Below the pieces are notes generated by a model. The model was not told where the DNA came from, did no database searches, and saw only the letters and a list, made by a program, of their open reading frames with translations. Made by a program: the position numbers and the translations under genes. Positions 10,644-20,274 of a stretch of 64,000 bases of DNA are shown here, piece after piece. Each line of letters starts with the position of its first letter. Within the stretch, counting starts at the first letter, position 1. The stretch is taken from positions 32,001-96,000 of IMG/VR virus record IMGVR_UViG_3300032315_000774; one strand, given 5' to 3'. Source of the stretch: a virus.

Positions 10644-11018
10644 GATGCCTCGGTACTGAGGCTCTGATGCGCGGAAACAGACGTATCCGAGCGTGGAAAG
10701 ATTGATCTGACCGAGAATGCGTGTGTAGTCCATGCTGCACGCTAACGCTGCGTGCAGATACAGGTCAACGGAGCACGGTCGTGAAGTGCGTGCCGTTGAG
10801 CGCTTCGACTTGCTCGCGACCCCAGAGCGCTGCACCCGCTGCCGACCACACACGTTCACAGCTCGCGAGCTTGACGTCGTCACGGAACACTTCGACCGCG
10901 AAGCGCACAGGACGCACTTCGATCGCGTCGAAGTGCTGGCGCGAGAGGACGCGGTGAAGATGTGGCCACGAACGAACGCGCACCGAGTATCGTCGCGTCA
11001 GCTTCACGACAGGGAACC

Positions 11019-11402
11019 TCACGCGAGCGCCCAGTGGTTGATGATCAGGTGCAGCGTGTTGTCGGCGATGATGAGCAGCCAGACCGCAAGCCACGGTGGC
11101 CGATCCTGGTCGTAGCCCGTCTGCTTGCAGCGCTCCCACGACGGCCACTGCGAACGCGGTGCGAGGAAGTTCTTCGCGAAGACCACGTACCGCGCGAGAC
11201 CGAAGTGGTCGATGACCACGTGACTCGCGACGACCACGACCCACGCCCACACAGACGTCGCCACGAACAGGAACGGCACCCCGTACGCCACGCCGTGCGC
11301 GACAGCTGCGAGCCAGCTCTGTCGCTTGTGGAGCGCCATCCAGTCACTCTGCAGAAGGTAGTCGCCGATGAGATGTGCCAGCAGCTCGTTCATCCAGTTC
11401 AT
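11019..11402 (-). CDS. DUF3307-like membrane protein
   Basis: AHLIGDYLLQ, HGVAY, SHVVIDH, DNTLH pattern. Confidence 0.75.
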   Translation of the reverse strand: MNWMNELLAHLIGDYLLQSDWMALHKRQSWLAAVAHGVAYGVPFLFVATSVWAWVVVVASHVVIDHFGLARYVVFAKNFLAPRSQWPSWERCKQTGYDQDRPPWLAVWLLIIADNTLHLIINHWALA

Positions 11403-12022
11403 GGTCTGACGGTGTAGTCGAGGCGGGCGCCCCTGGCAAAGATCTTCATCTGGTTCTGCTTCGGGATCGCCACCGTGATGAGCGGAGGTCCGCATTGATG
11501 TGCGAGCGCGCGCCTGAATGCTTCGCCCGCTTCGTCGTACCGAACGCCGAAGTTCCCGCAGCCCCACGCACCCGTCACGAGGTGCTCGAACCCTTGCGTG
11601 GCGACGACCGCGAAGAGCCCTGCGAGGTAGTCTTCGTACGAAGGCATCCAGCTCTTGGGCGCCGCACAGAACGCGAAGCCCAGGTCGTACTTTGGCACCG
11701 TCACGAGAAGGATGTTGCCGGTGCCGTTCTCGTCCGCACGAGCGCCTGCTTCGTAGAACGGCTTAGCGTCGTCACTCAGCAGCGTGTCGTAGAACGGGAA
11801 CTCGCGGAGCAGATCTTCTTCTTGGCCGACGGCTCCGTACTTGTAGCCGCCACCGATGCTGCGCTCGCTCGCGAAGACATGGATGCAGGTCTTCTTGTTC
11901 GACTCACGTGCAGCAGTCGCCGCGTCGATGACTCGCGCTTGCACACGTGACTCGCGTGCCGTGCTCGCCTTCGCGAGCACGTGCGCTTCCCGTCGCCTGA
12001 AGAACTGAACGGTTGTGGTCAC
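11399..12022 (-). CDS. bacterial-type PARG / TIGR02452-like macrodomain ADP-ribose glycohydrolase
   Basis: GGGYxxGAxGQEE catalytic signature and LVTGAWGCGNFG loop. Confidence 0.8.
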   Translation of the reverse strand: MTTTVQFFRRREAHVLAKASTARESRVQARVIDAATAARESNKKTCIHVFASERSIGGGYKYGAVGQEEDLLREFPFYDTLLSDDAKPFYEAGARADENGTGNILLVTVPKYDLGFAFCAAPKSWMPSYEDYLAGLFAVVATQGFEHLVTGAWGCGNFGVRYDEAGEAFRRALAHQCGPPLITVAIPKQNQMKIFARGARLDYTVRP

Positions 12023-12442
12023 AGGTCACCCCAGGTAGTAGTCGAGGTACACAACGTCGTCGCTCGCGACGACGTTGAACGGAGGTCCCTCGCCACGCTC
12101 GATCAGCGCCTGCAGCGTCGGCACCATGCTCAGGTCGACCTTGTTGACGCCATGCTCGCGCAAGTCGCCCGCGATCATCTGAACGAACACAGCCCAGCAG
12201 TCACGAGGCGGCCACTTCGCAATCTCTTCGTCGTCCCACGCACCGAAGTCGCCAAGCCACTCGCGAAGTGCGGCGAGCGGTGGCGGTTCGGAGACCAACC
12301 ACGAGCTGCGCTTCTTGGCGATGTCACGCGCGTGCTTGTACGTGATCTCTCCGGCCTTCTCGCCCAGCTCCATGACGGAAGCGGAGCAGACGCGCGGGTC
12401 GAACTGCGAGAACATCTTGGTGAGGTTGATTCGAATGTTCAC

Positions 12443-12514
12443 CAGGGCCGGAGAGATTCGAACTCTCGTCGTCGGTTTTGGAAACCGCTGCACTGACCGC
12501 TGTGCTACGACCCT
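12443..12514 (-). tRNA. tRNA-Trp(CCA)
   Basis: Cloverleaf; anticodon loop TTCCAAA; T loop TTCGAAT; G27.A43 mismatch. Confidence 0.9.
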
Positions 12515-12519
12515 ATCAT

Positions 12520-12590
12520 CAGGGGCTGAAGGACTCGAACCTTCTTACGCGGATTCAAAGTCCGCTGCTCAACCCATGAGCCAAACCCCT
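12520..12590 (-). tRNA. tRNA-Gln(TTG)
   Basis: GCGGA-CTTTGAA-TCCGC arm; T loop TTCGAGT. Confidence 0.85.
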
Positions 12591-12960
12591 GCGCTACGTG
12601 TACCACGTCAGCGACGCGGTGTCTTGCTTCCTGTGTAGCCCTGACGCGCCCACGCGAGGCCCGTCGGCGTCCACTGCCCTTCGGGCGTCAGCACACGGCG
12701 CTCGACGAGCACAGCGTGCACACGGTCGACCTCGCCATCGCCGAACAGTGCTCGCAGCTCGGCCTCGGTCTCGGTCTCGGTCTTGTCGTGCAGCGCCTTC
12801 GCCAGCCGCACTTGCGTGAGCTTGCCAAGAGGCTTCGGCTGCAGTCGCTTCCGTGCAGCAGTCACGAGCTGTACCTTGCAGCTCAGCAAGCGCGCGATCT
12901 CCACGTCGCTCTTCGTCGCGTTCGCACGCACGAACTCCTGCACTTCGTGCGGCTCCAGAT

Positions 12961-13662
12961 TCAACACTTCCAGTGCTCCTTTCCGAGACCCAAGAACGCC
13001 TTGACCTCGACGTTCAGTTGCTCGCGCATGTCGTCGCTCAGGCGACCGACACGGAACATGATGATCATGTGGTGCCGACGCACCTCGATCCAGTAGATGT
13101 AGTCGATGGGCAGAGGGTCCCACTCGATGACGACGTCACGACCTGGAGGCCCATTGTGCAGGATGTACTTGTAGTCGGTCAGCTCGTCGAACGTCTTGAT
13201 CTCTCCTAGACGAAACTCGGGGTGTCGTCTCCAGTACGCCGCGCTGCGGTTGCCTTCTCCGTGGTCGTGGTCCGCCAGCTCGTAGCGATAGTCGAGGCCG
13301 CGACTCATCATCAGCTCTGCGAACGTCTTCCCCTCGCGAGCCATCGTGGCGAGTCGAGGGTCGAAGGCGTGCTTCGGGAGCAGACCGTCGGCGACGAGGA
13401 CGTCCCGCTGCTTCGGCGCGCAGCCTCGCATCACCAGAGTGCTGTACATCGACTCGTAGCACTTCGACGACTTCAGCCCTGCGAAGACACCCTTGACCAA
13501 GGGGACACGACGCTCGCACATCGTGACCTCGGGCAGCTCTTCCTCCACCAGGTACTCGGGCTGTCGGTACACTTCGTACGGCAGCGACCGCTTCTTCGCT
13601 CGCGCTTCGATCGACGCCTTGCGCTCGGGGTTCGCGTGATCGAGCCAGTTGAACGTGATCAT
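12961..13662 (-). CDS. hypothetical protein
   Basis: AGGAG RBS, 233-aa ORF with coding bias. Confidence 0.65.
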   Translation of the reverse strand: MITFNWLDHANPERKASIEARAKKRSLPYEVYRQPEYLVEEELPEVTMCERRVPLVKGVFAGLKSSKCYESMYSTLVMRGCAPKQRDVLVADGLLPKHAFDPRLATMAREGKTFAELMMSRGLDYRYELADHDHGEGNRSAAYWRRHPEFRLGEIKTFDELTDYKYILHNGPPGRDVVIEWDPLPIDYIYWIEVRRHHMIIMFRVGRLSDDMREQLNVEVKAFLGLGKEHWKC

Positions 13663-13721
13663 GTTGATCTCCTGGGAAGTCGGTGCCGCCCGAACTCATC
13701 GAGCGGCACCGACTTACTCGT

Positions 13722-14717
13722 TCACTCTGCGTCGGTGCCCTCGACGATGTCGCGCCAGAGGCGCTTGGCCGACGGGTTCTTGATCTCCGTCCCGAGCGCC
13801 CAGCGCAGCACCTCGTTCATGCCACGCAGCATGGCCGCGTCCTCGCCCGAGTGATCGCGGATCGCCTGCTGGATGAGCGCCTGCACCTCCTCGATGCGCC
13901 GACGACCCGGGCGCTTGACCGGGACTTCGACCTCGTCGAGCCCCTTGCCGGTACGAGCCGCCTTGACGACGGCAGCGACCTCGTTCGTCGACGCCTTCGT
14001 CGGCGACATGCCCTTCGTCGGCTCGCGCACGGCGACGATCGCCGTGATGTCGCTGAGCGCCGACACTTGCTGCTCGCGGCTGAGCTTGGCGAGGTCGACA
14101 ATGCTGGTCGACGGAATCTTGCCCGTCTCGATCGCCTCCTGCAGAGCGGGCTCCAGGCTCATGAACAGCCACCACTTCTCACAGGTCATCCATGAGATCT
14201 TGGCCTCGCGCATGAGCGCGGCGCGCGCCGCCGCTTCATCGATGCCCTCGCGCTGCGCCTGGCGCACGTAGGACGCGTACTTGATCGCGGCCGAGCGGAA
14301 CGAGTCGTTGACTCGGTCCTCGTTCGCTACGATGGCGAGCCGCGTCAGGTCGAGCGTCGTGCCCTCGACCATCTTGTACTGGATCTTGAAGAGCCCTTCG
14401 GGCTTGGGCTCCTGACCCGGTCCCGGGACGTAGCCGGTGTTGATGAAGTTGATCGCCGCCCAGCGGTGGCGGCCGTTCACCACCAGCAGACGCGGAGCGC
14501 CATTCGGCAGCTCCCCGTCCTGGCAGACCTGGATCGGCGTCCGCTGACCCTCGCGCAGGAGCGACTGCACGAGGTCGCTGTCGACCTTCGTGTCGTCGTA
14601 GAGCGGGTGCCCCGGAGGGGGCAAGCTGATCGCGGCCGGGTCGATCGCGAGCAGGTCGCTGCGCGAGACCTCGAAGCCTGCCGCCTTGAGCTTGTTGATG
14701 TTCTTGGTGCCGCCCAT
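13722..14717 (-). CDS. ParB/Srx N-terminal domain protein
   Basis: LVQSLLREGQRTPIQV...LVVNGRHRWAA; helical C-terminus. Confidence 0.8.
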   Translation of the reverse strand: MGGTKNINKLKAAGFEVSRSDLLAIDPAAISLPPPGHPLYDDTKVDSDLVQSLLREGQRTPIQVCQDGELPNGAPRLLVVNGRHRWAAINFINTGYVPGPGQEPKPEGLFKIQYKMVEGTTLDLTRLAIVANEDRVNDSFRSAAIKYASYVRQAQREGIDEAAARAALMREAKISWMTCEKWWLFMSLEPALQEAIETGKIPSTSIVDLAKLSREQQVSALSDITAIVAVREPTKGMSPTKASTNEVAAVVKAARTGKGLDEVEVPVKRPGRRRIEEVQALIQQAIRDHSGEDAAMLRGMNEVLRWALGTEIKNPSAKRLWRDIVEGTDAE

Positions 14718-14760
14718 TGTTTTCTCCTCTTCTTCTTTCGTGTCGTGATGACGTCAGACT

Positions 14761-15036
14761 CTACTTCACTTCGCGTGCCAACCGCTGGCGTCGGTTGGCC
14801 TCGTCCACAGCCGCGATGCCGAGCGTGCTGTCTTCACGCGACGACGCCACCAGCTGCGCAAGCTGCGCGTCCGTCAGCTCCGCCCACAGCCGAGCGAGCT
14901 GCGCGCGCTGCTTGGTGAGCTGCGCCGCGCGATCTCGCGCGAGGTTCTTGTCGTGGTAGATGTACCAGTCGGCGCCGCTCGGCGCGGTGCCGACGTAGGT
15001 CGTGACGTCGGAGTCGTTGATGGCGAAGTCGCTCAC
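14761..15036 (-). CDS. small hypothetical protein, paralogue of 15033-15281
   Basis: GTG start after AAGGAG; shares YVGTxPS, W, TDAQ and LAREVK. Confidence 0.65.
   Translation of the reverse strand: MSDFAINDSDVTTYVGTAPSGADWYIYHDKNLARDRAAQLTKQRAQLARLWAELTDAQLAQLVASSREDSTLGIAAVDEANRRQRLAREVK
14764..14781 (-). promoter_or_regulatory. 18-bp box copy 3
   Basis: Exact repeat, upstream of the ParB-like gene. Confidence 0.7.
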
Positions 15037-15281
15037 GCTTGCTCCTTCTTCACTTCGCGTGCCAACGCCACGCGGCGACGCAGCTCTGCATCGGCCTCGA
15101 TGCGCAGCTCGGTGCCGATCGCGGCTCGTGACACGATGTACTGGACCTGCGCGTCGGTTTGACGCGCCCACATCGCGCGCAGCATGCGACGCTGCGCCTC
15201 GATCTTCTCGACGTTACCGTCGTAGACGGTCCAACGGACGTCGCTCGGTGAGGTTCCGACATACACAGGCTGGTTCTTCAT
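15033..15281 (-). CDS. small hypothetical protein, paralogue of 14761-15036
   Basis: Shared motifs as above. Confidence 0.65.
   Translation of the reverse strand: MKNQPVYVGTSPSDVRWTVYDGNVEKIEAQRRMLRAMWARQTDAQVQYIVSRAAIGTELRIEADAELRRRVALAREVKKEQA
15048..15065 (-). promoter_or_regulatory. 18-bp box copy 4
   Basis: Exact repeat; 13 nt to GTG. Confidence 0.7.
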
Positions 15282-15292
15282 GCCACTTCCTA

Positions 15293-15310
15293 CTTCACTT
15301 CGCGTGCCAA
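15293..15310 (-). promoter_or_regulatory. 18-bp box copy 5
   Basis: Exact repeat; 13 nt to ATG. Confidence 0.7.
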
Positions 15311-15527
15311 GCTCAGAGGGCCACGAGCCAGAACATCGACCCGTTGGTTCGGCGCTTGGCCAGCTTGCGCGCTTCGAGCGCTTCGCAGGTGCGGTGCCAG
15401 CTTCCGAGCGCCAAGCCGCTTCCCTTGTTGCCGCTGGTCTCTGGCTGCCGGACGCCTGTCGGTCCTGCAGCTCGGGCCGCTTCGAGCAGCTTCTTCTGAG
15501 CGGAGCTGAGCTTCATGCTGGTGTCTA

Positions 15528-15545
15528 CTTCAGATTGCATGCCAA
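15528..15545 (-). promoter_or_regulatory. 18-bp box copy 6, variant TTGGCATGCAATCTGAAG
   Basis: Keeps TTGGCA and TGAAG at the same spacing; 13 nt to ATG; no SD. Confidence 0.6.
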
Positions 15546-15850
15546 CGTCAGAAACAGTAGCGCCCACATCACTGTGATGAACTGCTCATCGCTGTCTGTA
15601 GCGAACGCTGACGCCGTCAGAACGGCAAGAGAAAAGAAGAGCATGCTTCACTTCCTTGCTTTTGACTGGAATCTCTGCTGCATGTCCTTGATCTGTCGGG
15701 CCGATAGTCCGAAGACCAGACCGTGAACCTTGATCAAGAAGCTCATCCAGCTGTGACGCTCGTCGTGTGACGCTTGCTGCTTCGCTTTGGGGCTCGGGGC
15801 AGGTCGGCCCTTGCGTCTGAGCCGCGCCAGGCGTCGTCGGCGGGGTCGCA

Positions 15851-16273
15851 TCAGTCTTCGTCCTTGAGGAGGAAGTCGTTGTTGAGCACCTTGAACGACA
15901 GGCGCCCGCCCAGCGTCCGCGATACACGGTCCACCAGCGGTCGCACCACGATCCCTTCGCGGCGGTTCTTGGTTCCCGCGTAGACGCCGTTGGCCATCGC
16001 CAGGTAGCGCTCCAGCGTGTGCTCGAAGCTCCGCGCTTCGTCGCCCCGCACTTCTCGCTCGATTGGCACCGTGGAAAGGCCCAGCGACGCGACGAAGGCG
16101 CGCATCTCGTCGAGCGAGAGATACGCCCCGCGCCGCGTGTCGAACACGCTGAAGTGTCCCAGCTTGGGCTGGACCGTACCGAACATCGGGCGCGAGGCCG
16201 CCCACAGCTCGTAGCCCTGCTCGTGCAGGACACGAAGCGCGTCGGGGAGTGCGGTGTCGAGGACATCGATCAT
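15851..16273 (-). CDS. C-terminal half of an ATP-dependent RNA ligase (Rnl2/DRB0094-like), lacking motif I
   Basis: FSVFD, REGIVVRP (motif IV), SFKVLNNDFLLK (motif V); no KxDG. Confidence 0.65.
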   Translation of the reverse strand: MIDVLDTALPDALRVLHEQGYELWAASRPMFGTVQPKLGHFSVFDTRRGAYLSLDEMRAFVASLGLSTVPIEREVRGDEARSFEHTLERYLAMANGVYAGTKNRREGIVVRPLVDRVSRTLGGRLSFKVLNNDFLLKDED

Positions 16274-16527
16274 GTCGTCTCCGTCTTCACTTCGCGTGCC
16301 AACCTCTGCACGGCGGTCTTGATCTTCTGACGCTGTGCGTCGGTCAGGTCGCTGCTCAGGTAGCTGACCGGACCGTCCGACAAGATCGACACGTAGTTCG
16401 GATACGCGATGACGCGCAGGTTGACCGTTGACTTCGGTTGCGAAGTGGTAGCTACGACCGTGCACAGGTACGTCTCCGGACGCACGACAGAGGTCTCCTT
16501 GACGACGAAGGTCTTGAACATGGCCAT
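16270..16527 (-). CDS. hypothetical protein
   Basis: GAGG RBS; ends LTDAQ...RLAREVK. Confidence 0.55.
   Translation of the reverse strand: MAMFKTFVVKETSVVRPETYLCTVVATTSQPKSTVNLRVIAYPNYVSILSDGPVSYLSSDLTDAQRQKIKTAVQRLAREVKTETT
16285..16302 (-). promoter_or_regulatory. 18-bp box copy 7
   Basis: Exact repeat; 13 nt to ATG. Confidence 0.7.
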
Positions 16528-18015
16528 GGCTACCTCTGCAGTGCGTCGAGCACAGCGCTTCGTGCCGCCTCGTAGCGCTCGACGTCGCCGGGCTCCGTGG
16601 GCCTCGACATCAGTGCGAAGATCCGGCCGAGCGCGAGGCGCACGGTGGCGTCTCGCGTCTCGATGTCGAAGCCGACGTGCGACGGCACGAACACCTCGCG
16701 TGCGCGCGGAGCTTCAGGCGCTTCGCGCGGTGCACCGAACAGCTCGCGTTCGATCGCACGTTGCGTGCGGCGTGACTGCTTGCGGGTCACTGGACGCGCC
16801 TCCGGAAGAAGTCTGCGGCGGCGAAGCGCATCTGTCCCGCAGAGCCGACCACGGTCCCGACGAGCACGTCACGCTCGTCGTAGACGTAGCCGTGCGTGCC
16901 TGCGACGAACAGCTCTTCGAACTCGGGAGACTCTTCGGTTATGCCTTGCGCGATCAGCTTGGCATCTCGGTAGATGTCGATCTTCACAGCTCGCTCCAGT
17001 CGACGAAGTACGCCGGGTCGTTCAGGCGGTCCATGTTCACTTCTCCGTCGTCTTGGCTTGGATGCAGATCCTGATTTGCTTGCCTGCGAACTTCTTGAAC
17101 AGCTCGTCGTTACGCGGCGGCAGGTATGACGGCACGACCAAACAGTCGTTCTTTTTGTCCTTCCAGGCGCTCGGGTCTTTGCGTGGGTCCCACCCACGAG
17201 GCGGTACATGGAAGTCTTCTGGTGAAGACGGGTCGATCCACGCCTTGAAGAAGACTGCGTTGCTGCTGACGAAGTCCCAAGTCACGCCGATGAGCGGGAT
17301 CCTCAGTGCGCGGACCGCGTCGTAATCGTAGTCGACGACGCCATGCACGAAGTCCGCGCTGAGCATGTGCGCTTGGAGGTCCACAGACCCAAGTTTCAGC
17401 CACGGCACGCGTGGCTTGTCGATCTCGACAGTCGTCTTGCCGAAGCGCACGTCGCAGATGTGCGTGAGGTCGAGCTGTTCGATGGTCATGTCAGTCCCTT
17501 TCGCGCTCGATGTCGGCGATGACGTGGATCGGCACGTCCGAGCGGTCCTCGAACCGCTCGACGCGATCGAACTTGTAGTCGCGACCGTAGGCCCACGCCT
17601 GAGCCTCACGCTCGGTCTCCGCGACGATGACGGCGAGAAGCGTCGGCCCTCGCATGATCTTCCAGATGCTTCGCATGGTCTCGTTCCTCCTAGGCGGTGA
17701 TCTCGACGATCGAGATCTTGTTCGTGCGCGTGTCCAGGACGCGCTGTGATGCGGTGTAGATCGTGAGGACGTCTCGCCACTGGTGTGGGCCGATTGGCGT
17801 CCACAGCGCGTTGTACGCGAGCAGGAACGGCAGGTCCGAGACCAGCGCGCGAGTCTTGCACTGCGGCATCAGCTCGCCTGTCAGGACGTGCCGACAGACG
17901 CCTTCTCCATTGTTCGCGTACACGCCTACGAAGCGGCTGGCGCTCTGCCAGACCGAGAACACGTTCTCGTACGCGTCAGGCGCCTCCAGACGCTGGAGCG
18001 TGGTCCGAAATCGGA

Positions 18016-18405
18016 TCATCGTATGAAGTCCTTTCCGTTGTTCCCGATGACTCGACACGAGTACGGGATCGTCTCGTTGAAGTAGTCCTCCTCGGGCCGC
18101 GACTGCGACCAGTTGTAGCGGTCGACGATCGCGCGGACGCGCTCGATCACCCAGATGACCTGAGCCGCGCTTGCACGCGTCAGCCAGGGGTAACGCAGCT
18201 CGGCGTCGCGCTGCGCAACCTCCTTCTCGTAAGAGACCTGCTCGATCGGGGCGTCGATCTTGACCGAGAAGGTCATCCACCCCGAACGCGGGTTCACGCG
18301 TACCGTGGCACGCAGACCGCTCGCCTTGATCGCGCGCAACACGTGCTGCGCACGACCGCGCAGGTCGAGGTGCTGGACCTCTGCGTAGCGGGGACCGGGC
18401 GACAT
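18016..18405 (-). CDS. hypothetical protein
   Basis: Follows box copy 8 and AAGGAG. Confidence 0.6.
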   Translation of the reverse strand: MSPGPRYAEVQHLDLRGRAQHVLRAIKASGLRATVRVNPRSGWMTFSVKIDAPIEQVSYEKEVAQRDAELRYPWLTRASAAQVIWVIERVRAIVDRYNWSQSRPEEDYFNETIPYSCRVIGNNGKDFIR

Positions 18406-18418
18406 GCGCTTGCTCCTT

Positions 18419-18436
18419 CTTCACTTCGCGTGCCAG
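18419..18436 (-). promoter_or_regulatory. 18-bp box copy 8 (CTGGCACGCGAAGTGAAG)
   Basis: One mismatch; 15 nt to ATG. Confidence 0.7.
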
Positions 18437-18541
18437 ACTTGGCCGTGTGGAAGCCGACTTTGTCAGCGACATCACACGTGTGCTCGACGACACAGACCTC
18501 GACGAGGTGCGCTACGAGTGGCGCGTGGGCCGCCCGAAGGT

Positions 18542-19138
18542 CTACGGCGTGCCTGAGCGCTGCGTGGAACGCCTGCGGGTGATCGGCTGGGACGTCTCGT
18601 CGGCCGACTTGCCTGCGCCTGCGTCCGCTACGCTCGTTGAGCTGAGATAAGGCAGCCACAGCGGGTCGGGGTCGGCGATCGACAAGTCGAACTCCAGCTC
18701 GTGGGGCTTGTGCGGCTGGCTCTTGAGACGCATGCCTGCTTGTGCAGGCGTTCGGCTCGACTTCCTCTGGTTACACGTGAAGCAAGCCGCCACCGTGTTC
18801 GTCCAGCTCGACGTGCCGCCTTGTGCACGCGGCACGACGTGGTCGACCGTCGCCTCGCTCTTCGCGAGCTTGGCCCCGCAGTACATGCACGTCGAACGGT
18901 CACGCACGACGACCGCACGCCGAGAGAAACGCGGCGCGCGTCGACGTCGTGCGTGGCCTCGACGCAGCAGGATGACCGCAGGTCGCTCGTAGAGCGTGCC
19001 GTTCGCACCAACGATCGGGTCGTCGTGCACTTCGAGCACGTCACCCTTCGTCGACGCCAGCATGATCATCGCGGCCTCCCACGACACGACCGACAGAGGC
19101 TGGTAGTCGGCGCCGAGGATGAGCGTGCGGTAGTTCAT
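18542..19138 (-). CDS. HNH endonuclease (McrA-like HNH_5 type)
   Basis: RDxxTCMYCG, TVDHVVPRAQGG, WTNTVAACFTCNQRK. Confidence 0.9.
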   Translation of the reverse strand: MNYRTLILGADYQPLSVVSWEAAMIMLASTKGDVLEVHDDPIVGANGTLYERPAVILLRRGHARRRRAPRFSRRAVVVRDRSTCMYCGAKLAKSEATVDHVVPRAQGGTSSWTNTVAACFTCNQRKSSRTPAQAGMRLKSQPHKPHELEFDLSIADPDPLWLPYLSSTSVADAGAGKSADETSQPITRRRSTQRSGTP

Positions 19139-20274
19139 GCGCGCACTCTACGCGTTGTCGCAAGAAGACACAACTACTTCCGGAGTGCTTCGCTCTGCGT
19201 CGCCGTGATGTGATTCGGCCACGTCCACGTGAAGTGGCGGACCTCCGCCGTGTGCAGCACACCGTCGACGTCCACCGACGCGAGTTCGGAGTAGCCTGCT
19301 GCTTCTTGCCAGCGCTCTTCGAAGCGCGAAAGCGACGACGTGTGACCAGAGACGAGGTGCGTCAGCGCTTCGTGCAGCGCTCTGTTGACGACGGCACCGC
19401 TCCCTGTTGCGGTGCGACTGCCGTCGTCGACCTCGACGAAGACTGAAGTGTGAGCGGTGTGCGTGATGAGGATGCGCATGTCACGAAGAGACAGCGCGAC
19501 GAGCTACGAGTCAAGCGAACGACCGCGCCAGAAGTCTGCGTTCAAGATCTTGTCGATCTTGTCGCCTTCGAACTCTTCGAAGCTGAAGTTTCCGCGACCT
19601 GTCCACATGACGAGATTGAAGTTGCCGCCTGGCAGTGCCACTACGCCAAGCTGACGCTCGACTTCGGTCGGAAGCTCCGTTACCGGCAGAGCCGTGAACA
19701 GATTGTAGTGCAGGCGCACGTGGCGCACGTACGTGTACTTCGCTGAGTTTTTCAGCTCGAACATGTCAGGAAGGACCATGTCGCCGTGCACAGCGAAACC
19801 GGCTCTGTAGAACGCCTTGTCGACTTCCGACGTCGGAATCTCGCTGTTTGCAGAGAACGTCACGTCGAGCGTGCAGCGATAGAAACGCGTGGTATCGGTC
19901 ATGTCTTGTCCTCTTTTCGTGCTGCTTCGGACTCCATCACTCGGTCGACTGCTTCGCACCACGCTTGAACGAGGTGCCAGTCCTGCACGCCGCGCCCGAC
20001 TCCGCGATCTGCGCGCTCCTCTTCGAGATAGAGGATGTACGCTCGATCTCTCAGATCGGATCCGTCGACGAATGGGATCAGCTGAGCTACCCACGCGATC
20101 CGCTTGCGCATCGCGGGCAGTTCGGTGCGTGCTTCTTCGACCGCTTCGAGGACCCGTTTCAGCGGTCTGCGCGCCGCCTCGGCCGTGTCTTCAAGAACAC
20201 GAAGCTGACGCACGAGGCTTTCGCACAGCTCCAGCGCGGCGCTCAGGTCTTCGTCGAGAGCCACAGTGCGGACC

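Noticed and set aside
14764-16302. 18-bp repeats as a CRISPR array or integron attC sites
   Set aside because: Spacing is irregular (230-760 bp), the intervals are whole genes, the repeat is not palindromic and no cas or integrase gene is in the window
18542-19138. HNH gene as an intron-encoded homing element
   Set aside because: No interrupted host gene or intron structure visible around it
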